A stretch of 45,691 nucleotides of DNA from a virus (IMGVR_UViG_2531839130_000007:1-45691), one strand, 5' to 3'. Positions 8,736-18,391 are shown, counted from the stretch's first letter. A program made the numbers and translations. The notes: generated by a model from the letters alone, not told the origin.

Positions 8736-9141
8736 GCACATTGAATCAGTGCTGTTAGCCCTGGCCGCTGAAAAAGGGCAGGCATGGGTAGCCAATGCAA
8801 TTACTGAAGAATATCTGCGCCAGGGGGGCGGCGAATTGCCCCTGGTACCAGGCAAGGACTGGAACAATCAGCAGAATATCTATCACCGTTGGTTGAAAGG
8901 TGAAACGAAAGCGCAAAGGGAAAAAATTCAGAAACTGATCCCTGCGGTTTTGGCAATTCTTCCGCGCGAGCTGCGTCACCGACTCTGCATCTTCGATACC
9001 CTGGAACGCCGTGCATTACTGGCGGCGCAGGAAGCGTTGAGTACGGCAATTGATGCGCATGATGATGCAGTCCAGGCCGTTTACCGGAAAGCACATTTCA
9101 GCGGCGGCGGTTCGTCCGGCGATTCTGTTGTTGTTCATTAA
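8719..9141 (+). CDS. ydaT: YdaT-like protein (CII-position regulator or toxin-like)
   Basis: 140 aa, MKIRHEHIESVLLALAAEKGQAWVANAITEEYLRQGGGELPLVPGKDW... matches remembered Rac YdaT in length and sequence. Confidence 0.6.
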   Translation: MKIRHEHIESVLLALAAEKGQAWVANAITEEYLRQGGGELPLVPGKDWNNQQNIYHRWLKGETKAQREKIQKLIPAVLAILPRELRHRLCIFDTLERRALLAAQEALSTAIDAHDDAVQAVYRKAHFSGGGSSGDSVVVH

Positions 9142-9160
9142 GTGAATAGGGTAACTAACA

Positions 9161-9574
9161 ATGAAAATCAAACCGTTTATCAATGCTGGAAATCTTACTC
9201 CCGGCGAACTACGAGACTGGCTCCTGAAACTTGCAAAAAATGCAGAAATTGCGGGTTGGGGTACAGAAACTTCGGTTCGGAAGCTTCAGAGCGCAGAACT
9301 TAGCCTGCGCTCAGTTATGGACGATTTATCTCCAAGAATTAATTTTCTGGGGTCAGAGCAAATAATTCGTTCGGAAGATCACTCCAGCGAAGTTGCGGAA
9401 GTTCTGAATACTCTGAGGATAACTTTTGCTGCCGTTCGCGATATTCAACGAACCATTCTCTCATTGATTTCTCAGCTTCAAGAAATTGATAGTCGCATTC
9501 CTGACGGGGGTCATAGAGAGCGTCTTCCAGAATGTGAAGAGCAAGGACAGGGGAAACAGATAAGGGATCAGTAA
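9161..9574 (+). CDS. Hypothetical early protein
   Basis: 137 aa on the rightward early strand; weak Shine-Dalgarno; overlaps an antisense ORF (9339..9794) that has a strong SD, so the true gene is ambiguous. Confidence 0.4.
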   Translation: MKIKPFINAGNLTPGELRDWLLKLAKNAEIAGWGTETSVRKLQSAELSLRSVMDDLSPRINFLGSEQIIRSEDHSSEVAEVLNTLRITFAAVRDIQRTILSLISQLQEIDSRIPDGGHRERLPECEEQGQGKQIRDQ

Positions 9575-9873
9575 TACGTTTTTCACTTGCCTGGTATAGC
9601 AATCTCGCCAGCGAATCATAGCTACTGGGGCTCAGGAGAGAATCCCGTGAGTGATTTGTAAGAATCAGGTGGAAGCGGGTGAGAACTATAGCCCTGCATG
9701 TTACCAGGTTAACCATGTCGTGGTCGTGCTGGTTAATTTTGTACACAGTGCGCATGTGATTTTTAATTTTTTGGCAAACAGCCATTAAAGACATGTCGAA
9801 CCTCCTTTGGTTCTGTTGATTGGGGAATCACAGATTATATCCGGAGGAAGGTTCGACACCAGATGAGGCAATT

Positions 9874-10998
9874 ATGGTTAAGGCTAAAAACATGCCAAAT
9901 CCCATGCCAAAAACTAAGGCAAACAATGAGCCTTATCGCAAGGTAAAAATAACGATATGGGATGATCCCAAATTTAGGGCGTTATCTCCTCTGCCTCCAA
10001 GTGGACAGAGTTTGTTTATTTATCTGCTGACCAGTCCATTTACCGGGATTATTCCTGGGTTGTTTAAAGCCGGGCGGGCAGCAATGGCCGAAGAGTTGGG
10101 GTGGGATATCGAAGCCTTTGACTTAGCCTTAGGAGAAGCCATGAATCTTGGCATGGTGAAAGCAGATATCAAAGCCAGAGTTTTTTGGCTCCCGAATGCT
10201 GCGAAACACAATCCGCCAAACTCGATAAATGTCATTAAATCCTGGGCAAAGGCATTCGCTTTAATTCCTGATTGTCCTCTCAAATGGGAGGCCAGGGAAT
10301 CGCTGAGAGCCGCATCCTACGGGGTTTCTGAGGCTTTGGGGATGGCATTCGATAAGGCAATCCCTTTGCCTGAGGATAAGCCTAAGGATAAGGCTAACGC
10401 TTTGTCATGCGGTATCCAGATAACAGATAACAGATATATAAACCCCACACATAACGCGCGCGTGCGCGAGAGTGCTCCTGCCAGTGAGGCAAATGGCGTG
10501 CCGTTGCAAACAGCGGAACCTGATTACCTGGAAGGCCTGAGCGAACCCATCGGGAAATTTCCGATGACCGATGGCTGGCATCCGTCGCCGGATTTTCGAC
10601 GACGGGCTGCGCTGTGGGGCGTGGCTCTTCCTGAGCCGGAATTTACACCAGCTGAACTTGCCGCCTTCCGGGACTACTGGGCAGCGGAGGGTAAAGTTTT
10701 CACGCAGGTTCAGTGGGAGCAGAAATTCGCCCGTCACGTAAATCACGTCAGGGCGCAGGCTAAACCAGTCAGCAAGGGGGTAAAACATGCAGCAGCACCA
10801 GGTGGCACCGCATCACGGGCAGTTCAGGAAATTCGGGCAGCACGTGAGCAGTGGGAACGTGAAAACGGATTTATCAGCGACGGAAACGGCCTGGAAGCTG
10901 TGGGAACTCATGGGGGAGGTTTATTCGAACCGCTGGACCCAGAAGAACGGGGCCGCACCTTCGAAGCTCTGGATTGCACAGATTGGCGCGATGACTGA
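9874..10998 (+). CDS. Replication initiation / primosomal protein (O-position; DnaT-like C-terminal region)
   Basis: Start moved to ATG 9874 (GAGG upstream). Position after the immunity genes and before a P-like gene; C-terminal block resembles DnaT-type domains. Confidence 0.55.
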   Translation: MVKAKNMPNPMPKTKANNEPYRKVKITIWDDPKFRALSPLPPSGQSLFIYLLTSPFTGIIPGLFKAGRAAMAEELGWDIEAFDLALGEAMNLGMVKADIKARVFWLPNAAKHNPPNSINVIKSWAKAFALIPDCPLKWEARESLRAASYGVSEALGMAFDKAIPLPEDKPKDKANALSCGIQITDNRYINPTHNARVRESAPASEANGVPLQTAEPDYLEGLSEPIGKFPMTDGWHPSPDFRRRAALWGVALPEPEFTPAELAAFRDYWAAEGKVFTQVQWEQKFARHVNHVRAQAKPVSKGVKHAAAPGGTASRAVQEIRAAREQWERENGFISDGNGLEAVGTHGGGLFEPLDPEERGRTFEALDCTDWRDD

Positions 10999-11452
10999 GC
11001 AGCAAATCCGACAGGTCTGCCGCCAGTGCATGGACCGCTGCCGGGCGGGTGAAACATGGCCTCCGGACCTGGCTGAGTTTGTGGCACTGATTTCGGAGAG
11101 TGGGGCAAATCCATTTGGTCTGACGGTGGATGCTGTGATGGAGGAGTACCGCCGCTGGCGCAATGAGTCCTGGCGATACGACGGAAGCGATAAATACCCA
11201 TGGACTCAGCCTGTGCTGTATCACATTTGCCTCGAGATGCGTTCAAAGGGGATTGAGCGCCAGATGACCGAAGGGGAATTAAAACAGCTTGCAGAACGGC
11301 AGCTGACGAAATGGGCAAAGCATGTTAGTAACGGCCTGAGCGTTCCGCCAGTCCGGCGACAACTGGCGGCACCCAAACGCCCGTCGGGGCCAACGCCAAT
11401 TGAGTTACTGAAACAGGAATATGAACGCCGGAAAGCGGCTGGGTTTGTTTGA
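10787..11452 (+). CDS. Replication protein P-like (helicase loader); start uncertain
   Basis: C-terminal half resembles remembered lambda P (...[22 protein letters not shown]...LSVPPV versus lambda ...ESYPWKSNAHYWLVTNLYQNM...IPEPV). Candidate starts 10787, 10910 or 10991; overlaps the upstream gene. Confidence 0.55.
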   Translation: MQQHQVAPHHGQFRKFGQHVSSGNVKTDLSATETAWKLWELMGEVYSNRWTQKNGAAPSKLWIAQIGAMTEQQIRQVCRQCMDRCRAGETWPPDLAEFVALISESGANPFGLTVDAVMEEYRRWRNESWRYDGSDKYPWTQPVLYHICLEMRSKGIERQMTEGELKQLAERQLTKWAKHVSNGLSVPPVRRQLAAPKRPSGPTPIELLKQEYERRKAAGFV

Positions 11453-11486
11453 GTTGAGAAGTAATTTTTACCGGGAGGAAATTTTA

Positions 11487-12239
11487 ATGGAGACCGTTTT
11501 TGACGCACTGAAAGCGATGGGAAAAGCTACGTCGGTAGAACTGGCTGCGCGACTTGATATCAGTCGTGAAGAAGTGCTGAACGAACTATGGGAACTGAAA
11601 AAGGCTGGTTTCGTTGATAAAAGCGCGTACACCTGGCGTGTGGCTGATAACAACGTTCAGCAGGAACAGCCAGCGCCAGAAGAACAGCCGGAAGAAACCT
11701 CCACGGCGACAGTAGCGAAAATCTCAGAGTGCGATTTAACCGCGACGATTGAACAACGCGGACCACAAACGGCTGATGAGCTGGCTACATTGTTTGGTAC
11801 CACATCACGCAAAGTGGCTTCAACGCTGGCAATGGCAATCAGCAAAGGCCGTCTGATTCGTGCTAATCAGGACGGTAAATTTCGTTACTGTATGCCGGGC
11901 GATAATTTACCAGCAGAGCCGAAAGCAGCATCGGTAGCGGAAACTGATGGTAAAGCCTTTCCTCAGCCTGCATGCGTTGCGTTACCAGTACAGGAAGCTG
12001 CAACACAGGAAGATATTAAAACAGAGACTGTGGCGGACATTGTGCAGTCGCTGCCATCGTTTACTGAAACGAGAGCGGATGACCTGGTTTTACCATCGCT
12101 GCATATGGCAAACCGCGAACTGCGTCGGGCGAAAAATCATGTCCAGAAGTGGGAGCGAGTCTGCGCCGCGCTGCGGGAGCTGAACAAGCACCGGGATATT
12201 CTTCGGGATATTACCGCGAACGGAGAGCTGCAGCGGTGA
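11487..12239 (+). CDS. Hypothetical protein with N-terminal winged-helix-like region
   Basis: Start at ATG 11487 (GGGAGG upstream): [43 protein letters not shown]. Confidence 0.55.
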   Translation: METVFDALKAMGKATSVELAARLDISREEVLNELWELKKAGFVDKSAYTWRVADNNVQQEQPAPEEQPEETSTATVAKISECDLTATIEQRGPQTADELATLFGTTSRKVASTLAMAISKGRLIRANQDGKFRYCMPGDNLPAEPKAASVAETDGKAFPQPACVALPVQEAATQEDIKTETVADIVQSLPSFTETRADDLVLPSLHMANRELRRAKNHVQKWERVCAALRELNKHRDILRDITANGELQR

Positions 12240-12553
12240 GTGGCTGGAAGAAGTGGTACGAGGCTGAAATCATGATACTCCGGCAGTGTGCGGGAACGAT
12301 GACGGTCGAAAGCATTGGGAGGCTGACCGGTCGTACAGGTGATGCTGTCAGAACGAAAGCGCGGGAACTGGGTGTCAGCCTGATGTTACGGGGTGATTAT
12401 CACCAGTCAACAAAATATCCGCAGAGTGATATTGAACTGGCGCGACAGCTGCATCAGCGTGGCGTACCCAGGAGAGAAATCGCCAGAAAATTTGGAATGC
12501 CGTTGCGCACAGTGAATAACTACGTTTATTTCGACAGGAGAGTTCAGGAGTGA
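12236..12553 (+). CDS. Hypothetical DNA-binding protein (two HTH-like segments)
   Basis: GTG start overlapping the upstream stop (GTGA); segments [22 protein letters not shown] and [15 protein letters not shown]. Confidence 0.45.
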   Translation: MSGWKKWYEAEIMILRQCAGTMTVESIGRLTGRTGDAVRTKARELGVSLMLRGDYHQSTKYPQSDIELARQLHQRGVPRREIARKFGMPLRTVNNYVYFDRRVQE

Positions 12554-12957
12554 GGGTGAGAGTTTATATTGCCGGTCCAATGACCGGGTATAAAAATTTC
12601 AACCGTGAGGCGTTCCACAATGCGGAAGAGGAACTGAAACGGGAAGGGCATACCGTCTTAAACCCGGCAGTACTTCCTGACGGGCTGACACAGCCGCAGT
12701 ACATGGATATCTGCATGGCAATGATACGCAGCGTGGATGCGATTTATATGCTGAAAGACTGGCAACGGTCAGCAGGCGCTAAGGCGGAACTGGCGCTGGC
12801 GGAGAAGCTAGGGCATGTGGTTGTTTTTCAGAGGGGAGGGGGCGATATGCCGATTCTCTGGTTTCAGGAGGTGTGGGAAGGTCTTGTGATTGTAGCCGAA
12901 ACAGTTCTTTTATTATGGTCTGTGATTGCGTGTGTTTTTATGATTTATTGTGAATGA
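12550..12957 (+). CDS. DUF4406-like (nucleoside 2-deoxyribosyltransferase-like fold) protein with hydrophobic C-terminal extension
   Basis: N-terminus [13 protein letters not shown]...VLNP...DW.RS.GAKAELALAEKLG resembles the family as remembered; the last ~40 aa are strongly hydrophobic. Confidence 0.5.
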   Translation: MRVRVYIAGPMTGYKNFNREAFHNAEEELKREGHTVLNPAVLPDGLTQPQYMDICMAMIRSVDAIYMLKDWQRSAGAKAELALAEKLGHVVVFQRGGGDMPILWFQEVWEGLVIVAETVLLLWSVIACVFMIYCE

Positions 12958-13061
12958 TGTGAATCTCGCTGTGGCCACTGAATTGCAACCATTACCCCCC
13001 TGTGATGTAATTGTGGGGTAATGGTTGCGCAGGCATAGCGACAGGACTGGATGAGAAAAAT

Positions 13062-13484
13062 ATGACGAAATTTACCAGAGAGCAATTGATTGCTCATGCT
13101 AATGAAAGTGTGAAATCCATGAAATTTGCTGCGCGACAGACCGCGTTTAAGACTTCAAAAGTTGCCATTGAAATGGATCTTGCGCTTGCCCGTATTGCGC
13201 TTGCCTCACTTGAAGCAATGCCAGTTGCATGGTCCTGTGCTCACAATATGGTTTTGTTCAATGCTGAATCTGTCGCGGCATACGCAAAACACTCAGCCAT
13301 TGCGCCAAAACCCCTGTACGCTGCGCAACCGGCATCACTTTCACATGAGGAAGAGTTGACAATGCTGGTTAAACAATTGGTAAGTCAGTTGAAAAAAGCG
13401 AAACCAGATTGCAAATTACCGGATATGGCGATGGAGTATCTGGAGCGGAATGGGCTGATAAGCGCGGAGGATGTTTTACGATGA
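13062..13484 (+). CDS. Hypothetical nin-region protein
   Basis: ORF track entry trimmed to the first ATG (MTKFTREQLIAH...); 140 aa. Confidence 0.5.
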   Translation: MTKFTREQLIAHANESVKSMKFAARQTAFKTSKVAIEMDLALARIALASLEAMPVAWSCAHNMVLFNAESVAAYAKHSAIAPKPLYAAQPASLSHEEELTMLVKQLVSQLKKAKPDCKLPDMAMEYLERNGLISAEDVLR

Positions 13485-13775
13485 CCTGGCCGGAGGCATT
13501 CACAACGACAGGAATTGCAATGGCGTCGGCACTTGTTGTGTATTCGGTTTGCAGATGGGGATAAAAACGGTTTGCGGGGAAATCTTAGTTAAGTAGAATG
13601 ACTGCGGGTGCTTGAGGCTATCTGTCTCAGGCATGAACACCAAAAGGCAGATAGAGAAAAGCCCCAGTTAACATTACGCGTCCTGCAAGACGCTTAACAT
13701 TAATCTGAGGCCCAATCTATGTCTCACAAATGTAGGTTAGCCTCTTACGTGCCGAAAGGCAAGGAGAAGCAGGCT

Positions 13776-13931
13776 ATGAAGCAGCAAAAGGCGATGTTAA
13801 TCGCCCTTATCGTCATCTGTTTAACCGTCATAGTGACGGCACTGGTAACGAGGAAAGACCTCTGCGAGGTACGAATCCGAACCGGCCAGACGGAGGTCGC
13901 TGTCTTCACAGCTTACGAACCTGAGGAGTAA
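13776..13931 (+). CDS. hokD: Hok/Gef-family type I toxin (HokD/RelF-like)
   Basis: MKQQKAMLIALIVICLTVIVTALVTRKDLCEVRIRTGQTEVAVFTAYEPEE: single TM helix plus conserved Cys and RTG...VAAF-like tail; AGGAGAAG Shine-Dalgarno; structured leader and terminator. Confidence 0.85.
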   Translation: MKQQKAMLIALIVICLTVIVTALVTRKDLCEVRIRTGQTEVAVFTAYEPEE

Positions 13932-13999
13932 GAGACCAGGCGAGGGAGAAATCCCTCGCCACCTCTCATGTGTCAGGCATCCTCAACGCACCCGCACTA

Positions 14000-14022
14000 A
14001 ACCCGCTTCGGCGGGTTTTTTG
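14000..14022. terminator. Intrinsic terminator at the 3' end of the hok transcript
   Basis: Stem acccgc/gcgggt with loop ttcg, followed by a T-run; a second hairpin (ggcgaggga/tccctcgcc) lies at about 13941-13962. Confidence 0.75.
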
Positions 14023-14211
14023 TTGTTTATTTTCAGTGAGCATGATGCATCTGGTTGTACTGATGTGGCTGGCTGATTCTGTTATTCAGGTGGCTTATTG
14101 CTGTTGATCGGTATGTCTTCACGGCTAGAATCGAGGCTCTTAAGTAGCGCGCAGGGAGAAGAGGGATGGACCCCGAAGGGGAAGAGCTATTTATCTGGAA
14201 GGATTCTGAAG

Positions 14212-14385
14212 ATGAAAATCGAAGAATTGCGTGAAATTTTTAGTGAAAATGGCCTCTATGCTGTGCGCGTTGAGAATGGGAAAGTTGTCTACACAACGTT
14301 AATCCCTGGTGATCATGTAATTTTATCTATCGAGGCATTCATTGAATACCTTGAAAGGCTCGGTTTCAAGGTGGTTCGCGAATGA
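14212..14385 (+). CDS. Small hypothetical protein
   Basis: 57 aa from ATG 14212 (GGAAGGA upstream): MKIEELREIFSENGLYAVRVENGKVVYTTLIPGDHVILSIEAFIEYLERLGFKVVRE. Confidence 0.45.
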   Translation: MKIEELREIFSENGLYAVRVENGKVVYTTLIPGDHVILSIEAFIEYLERLGFKVVRE

Positions 14386-14432
14386 GTTATAATTCGTAAG
14401 CCAGCCTGAACAACTGGCAACCTACAGCGCCA

Positions 14433-15044
14433 TTGGAGACAGCAATGGCGCATATACAACTGGTCAAACAAACCTCTTCTGGATTACTTCTCCCGGCGAC
14501 GCCGGAGAGTTGCGATTTTTTGCATCAAATCAAAATAGGTGAGTGGATACACGCGGACTTTAAGCGAGTGCGTAACTACGCGTTCCACAAGCGTTTTTTC
14601 AAACTCCTGCAACTGGGATTCGATTACTGGACTCCGGTCGGTGGGGCGATCACGCCTCGAGAACGAGAACTGGTGTCCGGTTTCGTTGAGTATCTGTGCG
14701 AATCAGTTGGTCGGGAACACACTCCAGCCCTGAGTGATGCCACAGAGCAATACCTTAATACAGTTGCGACATGCAGAACCCGGGATACGGCATTGCTAAA
14801 GTCGTTTGACGCTTTCCGCGAGTGGGTAACCATTCAGGCCGGATTTTACACCGAGCATATTTATCCTGATGGTAGTCGTGGGCCCAGGGCAAAATCTATC
14901 GCATTTGCGAACATGGACGAAACCGAGTTTCAGCAGGTTTATAAATCTGTACTGAATGTGCTGTGGAACTGGATCCTGTTCCGTAAATTTTCCTCTCCGG
15001 AGGAAGTCGAAAATGTGGCCGCGCAGTTACTGGAGTTTGCGTAA
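14433..15044 (+). CDS. Hypothetical nin-region protein
   Basis: 203 aa; stop overlaps the next start (TAATG). Confidence 0.55.
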   Translation: METAMAHIQLVKQTSSGLLLPATPESCDFLHQIKIGEWIHADFKRVRNYAFHKRFFKLLQLGFDYWTPVGGAITPRERELVSGFVEYLCESVGREHTPALSDATEQYLNTVATCRTRDTALLKSFDAFREWVTIQAGFYTEHIYPDGSRGPRAKSIAFANMDETEFQQVYKSVLNVLWNWILFRKFSSPEEVENVAAQLLEFA

Positions 15045-15334
15045 TGGTGGATTTACGTAAAGCGGCGCGGGGGCAGATGTGCACCGTCAGAATTCCTGGC
15101 TACTGCAATCACAATCCCGAAACTTCTGTGCTGGCGCATTACAGGCTGGCGGGGACGTGTGGAACAGCGACAAAACCACACGATATGCAGGGGGCAATTG
15201 CCTGTAGCTCATGCCACGATTTAATCGACGGGCGGGTAAAAACCAGCGATTACACCAAAGAAGAATTGCGCCTGATGCATGCAGAAGGTGTTTTTCGCAC
15301 ACAAGAAATCTGGAGAAAGGAAGGTTATTTATGA
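15044..15334 (+). CDS. Small Cys/His-rich protein (YbcO/DUF1364-like putative nuclease)
   Basis: 96 aa with CxxxxxxxC...HxxxxxC...CxxCH pattern; sits just upstream of the presumed late regulator. Confidence 0.45.
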   Translation: MVDLRKAARGQMCTVRIPGYCNHNPETSVLAHYRLAGTCGTATKPHDMQGAIACSSCHDLIDGRVKTSDYTKEELRLMHAEGVFRTQEIWRKEGYL

Positions 15335-15873
15335 TTTACCCAACAAATACAGGAAAAAGCGGGGAACACCTTCGTCTCACCACGCTGGAAAGAGTCTGGA
15401 TTCAGGGAAAACTGCGCATGTGGGGGCGCTGGTCGTATATTGGCGGCGGTAAGATGGGAAATATGTTCAACCAGTTGCTGACCTCTAAAAAGCTGACAAA
15501 AACGGCAATTAACGAGGCGCTCCGGAGGATGAAAAAAGCAGGTCTGGACAAACCTGAACTTGAGGCTTTTTTGCGGGATATGATCAACGGTAAGCAAAAA
15601 AGCTGGCTGGTGCATTGTAATGATGCAGAGGCGTTATGCATTGATCGTGTGATTAGTGAAGTACTGGCAGAACACCCAGGATTGATTTTTATCCTCCGAC
15701 AAAGATATGAAGGGCGGGGGATGAGTAAGCTGAAAATGGCACAACAGTTAAATAAGTATCGCCCTGGCTGGAGCTTGAAAACTTGCAGAAATCGCATTGA
15801 TGCATGGTTGGGTGTTGCTGAACACATTCTGTATATACCAATGAAATTAGCGTTATGCGGAGAAAGCCAATAA
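15331..15873 (+). CDS. Putative late-gene antiterminator (Q-position protein)
   Basis: 180 aa from ATG 15331 (AGGAAGG upstream). Assigned by position only (last gene before promoter-like region, tRNAs and lysis cassette); no recognisable Q zinc-finger. Confidence 0.35.
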   Translation: MIYPTNTGKSGEHLRLTTLERVWIQGKLRMWGRWSYIGGGKMGNMFNQLLTSKKLTKTAINEALRRMKKAGLDKPELEAFLRDMINGKQKSWLVHCNDAEALCIDRVISEVLAEHPGLIFILRQRYEGRGMSKLKMAQQLNKYRPGWSLKTCRNRIDAWLGVAEHILYIPMKLALCGESQ

Positions 15874-15968
15874 AAAAGTTATTGCATTTTTGCCAATAAA
15901 CTGCTTCAATTTTGCTACGCTTCGCAAAGCTGTATCGCGAGGCGAATCAAGCGCATGAACTTTACCAG

Positions 15969-15997
15969 AACCCGCCATTGAGCGGGTTTTGTTGTTT
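15969..15997. terminator. Intrinsic terminator downstream of the Q-position gene
   Basis: Stem cccgc/gcggg with loop cattga, then ttttgttgttt. Confidence 0.55.
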
Positions 15998-16129
15998 CTA
16001 TGGTGTGATATAAGAAACGACATTTAATAATTGCCTTCAAAATAAATTTGTTTATATATTGTTGTGTATGTTTTAAGTGAAAGTTAAATGTTTGCATAAA
16101 ATAAAAACACATAAATAAATTTACATAAC

Positions 16130-16165
16130 TTGACGTAAAGTGTTGTTGCGATTGGAATATTAAAT
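16130..16165 (+). promoter_or_regulatory. Candidate late promoter (PR'-like) in AT-rich region
   Basis: TTGACG at 16130-16135 followed by AT-rich -10-like hexamers (gaatat/taaat) at plausible spacing; assignment is weak. Confidence 0.25.
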
Positions 16166-16243
16166 CGTATCATCGAAAACGGTTCTGAGGGGGGGGGAGG
16201 AACTCTTCTTTGCTCGGTGATATCGCTCCCCTGAAGAACCAAT

Positions 16244-16319
<76 letters not shown>

Positions 16320-16322
16320 TAT

Positions 16323-16397
<75 letters not shown>

Positions 16398-16763
16398 GCA
16401 TTTGAAACAAGCCTTATTGTATTGCGGCACTGGCGTATTTTTTATTACGTGGGGGCAGGTTGTTTTGAAAAAGCATTCTGTTCTCTGGCTATGATTTGAG
16501 GCCAGGTGTAGCCTCAGTGCTGATTTTTTTACGACAGCAGAATGGTGCATTATCGGTGGAGATTTTGTATTTCCTGGCAGGGTAGGTGATGCATCATTCT
16601 GGTGTTGTAAATCGCACCAAAGAGGCGCACCTCAGTGCGAGGGTGGTTTAAAGAGTCGGTTTAGCGGGAAACCACAGTATCCATACAGCACGGAATACTT
16701 CGGGAGACACCCGACGCCTCGGTTTAATAACAATTAAAAAAAATCATCCCTTGCATTGACCAA

Positions 16764-16788
16764 CCGCCATATCTGGCGGTTTTTTTTA
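16764..16788. terminator. Intrinsic terminator in the tRNA-to-lysis intergenic region
   Basis: Stem ccgcca/tggcgg with loop tatc, then T8. Confidence 0.6.
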
Positions 16789-17114
16789 TTCCTTTCTCAG
16801 GACGAAAAAAGACACGAGCATCCAGGAATACTCGTGGGACAACGTCCTTTGGATAGCAATTTGCGAGAGGGTGAAAAGTAGCGCGGTCGTCGGATTAAGA
16901 CCGCGGGACAAAGTCCATGAAGAATAATAAGTATTGGCCCCCTTCCGGGGACATGTTCATACTACCAAGATTCAGAAGTGGTTTAAATCCTCAAATTAAC
17001 CTTAATTTCCGATAAGTCTTATTTCATTTCTTTGCGCCACATCTGGAGCTCATCAAATAACGCCACGCAAAGGGCGTCTGCGGATGCCGGTGCTTTTGAC
17101 GGGGTGTTTTTTAC

Positions 17115-17137
17115 GGGCCGCTGGTGGCCCTTTTTTT
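17115..17137. terminator. Intrinsic terminator immediately upstream of the lysis cassette
   Basis: Stem gggcc/ggccc with loop gctggt, then T7; 20 nt before the holin-like start. Confidence 0.6.
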
Positions 17138-17156
17138 ATTTACAGGAGAAAAAAGT

Positions 17157-17549
17157 ATGTCTGAACCCTTATCCGGTTCCGGCACGGCTGCGGCGCTCGG
17201 CGGGGCGACGGTGTACGGGCTGTTTACCGGGACGGATTTCGGGATTGTGTTTGGTGCGTTCGCCGGGGCGTTATTTGTGGCAACGATGCCGCAGGCGCTT
17301 TCAGCCTGGCGTGTGGCGGCGCATTTTCTGGTGTCGTTCATTATCGGCGTGCTGGGGGCAGAGGTTCTGGCGTCCTGGCTGGTAAAGCATACAGGGTTTG
17401 ACGGTGCACCTGTCGACGCACTGTGTGCAGTGCTGGTGTCAGTGGTGTCGGTGAAGATTCTGTCGTTCATCCACCAGCAGGATATTGCATCACTGGTGTC
17501 CGGTGTGTTCTCCCGCCTGCGGGGCGGAGGAGGCGGCAATGTTAAGTAA
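17157..17549 (+). CDS. Putative holin (multi-pass small membrane protein)
   Basis: Start at ATG 17157 (AGGAGAAAAAAGT upstream); ~130 aa with 3-4 hydrophobic helices; first gene of the lysis cassette. Confidence 0.45.
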   Translation: MSEPLSGSGTAAALGGATVYGLFTGTDFGIVFGAFAGALFVATMPQALSAWRVAAHFLVSFIIGVLGAEVLASWLVKHTGFDGAPVDALCAVLVSVVSVKILSFIHQQDIASLVSGVFSRLRGGGGGNVK

Positions 17550-17814
17550 CCTTCCCGGATTGCTGAATGTGGCGTTATGCACGGTTATCGTGCTGACGCT
17601 CTTTTTTTATCGTCGTCGTGACTCCAGACACAAACCGCTGATGTCATGGCTGGCCTGGCTGCTGATGCTGCTGTATGCCTTTACGCCCCTCAGCTATCTG
17701 TGTGGTCGCCCGTTAGCGGCGAACTGGCTGGCGGTGGGGCTTAATCTGCTGTTCTGCGTGCTGGTGATACGTGCACGCGGGAACGTTTCAAAAATCCTTT
17801 CATTCCGGAGGTGA
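17539..17814 (+). CDS. Second small membrane protein of the lysis cassette (antiholin or accessory)
   Basis: Start at ATG 17539 (GGAGG upstream), overlapping the holin stop; 91 aa with two hydrophobic segments. Confidence 0.4.
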   Translation: MLSNLPGLLNVALCTVIVLTLFFYRRRDSRHKPLMSWLAWLLMLLYAFTPLSYLCGRPLAANWLAVGLNLLFCVLVIRARGNVSKILSFRR

Positions 17815-17816
17815 GC

Positions 17817-18194
17817 ATGTCGGGTAAATTCAGATTCAGTCGTCGCAGTGAAAAAAATCTGGGGGGCGTCAAACCACAGCTGGTTGCTGTCGTTCGCCGT
17901 GCCCTTGAGCTGACGGAGGTTGATTTCGGTATTACGGAAGGCCTGCGCAGCAAGTATCGCCAGAAACAGCTGGTTGCAGAAGGTAAGAGCCAGACCATGA
18001 ACAGCCGCCACCTGACCGGTGATGCGGTGGATGTTGTGGCCTACGTTGGCAGCCAGGTGTCATGGGACTGGCCTCTGTACGAGAAAATCGCACAGGCATT
18101 TAAGCAGGCTGCCGCAGAGCTGGGAGTCGCCATCGAATGGGGCGGGGACTGGAAAACGCTGAAGGACGGGCCGCACTTCCAATTGAAACGCTGA
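17817..18194 (+). CDS. Endolysin, peptidase M15 family (zinc L-alanyl-D-glutamate peptidase type)
   Basis: Motifs SRHLTGDAVD, WGGDW and DGPHFQL fit the M15 H-x6-D...H zinc site; ATG 17817 with GGAGG upstream. Confidence 0.7.
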   Translation: MSGKFRFSRRSEKNLGGVKPQLVAVVRRALELTEVDFGITEGLRSKYRQKQLVAEGKSQTMNSRHLTGDAVDVVAYVGSQVSWDWPLYEKIAQAFKQAAAELGVAIEWGGDWKTLKDGPHFQLKR

Positions 18195-18208
18195 TAGCCG
18201 GGTGAGTT

Positions 18209-18391
18209 ATGAGTCGAAAGCACTGGACACACAGAACGCCGCGAACTGCGGCGAAATGGGCACTGGTAGCGATACTGGTGCCTTTTTTATTGGTGGGATG
18301 CGTCAGCCTGGATAAGGCGCGCCAGCTTTTCGATACGGCTTCTCAGGTCTGTGAAATTGTCGACGGTGTTCGGCAGTGCCTGCAGAACTGA
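18209..18391 (+). CDS. Small lipoprotein (outer-membrane spanin-like lysis component?)
   Basis: 60 aa with lipobox-like FLLVGC after a hydrophobic stretch; directly follows the endolysin. Confidence 0.4.
   Translation: MSRKHWTHRTPRTAAKWALVAILVPFLLVGCVSLDKARQLFDTASQVCEIVDGVRQCLQN

Noticed and set aside
10020-11508. Several minus-strand ORFs across the replication genes
   Set aside because: All are antisense to continuous plus-strand genes with family-like sequence; Arg/Pro/Ser-rich translations typical of GC-rich shadow frames.
16398-17156. Toxin cargo (Shiga-toxin-like) between the tRNA genes and the lysis cassette
   Set aside because: This is the classic slot for such cargo, but there is no ORF of suitable size here; only hairpins and terminators.
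17032-17385. ORF 17032..17385 (+) overlapping the holin-like gene
   Set aside because: Starts inside a terminator and runs out of frame through the holin gene; Arg/Trp-rich shadow translation.
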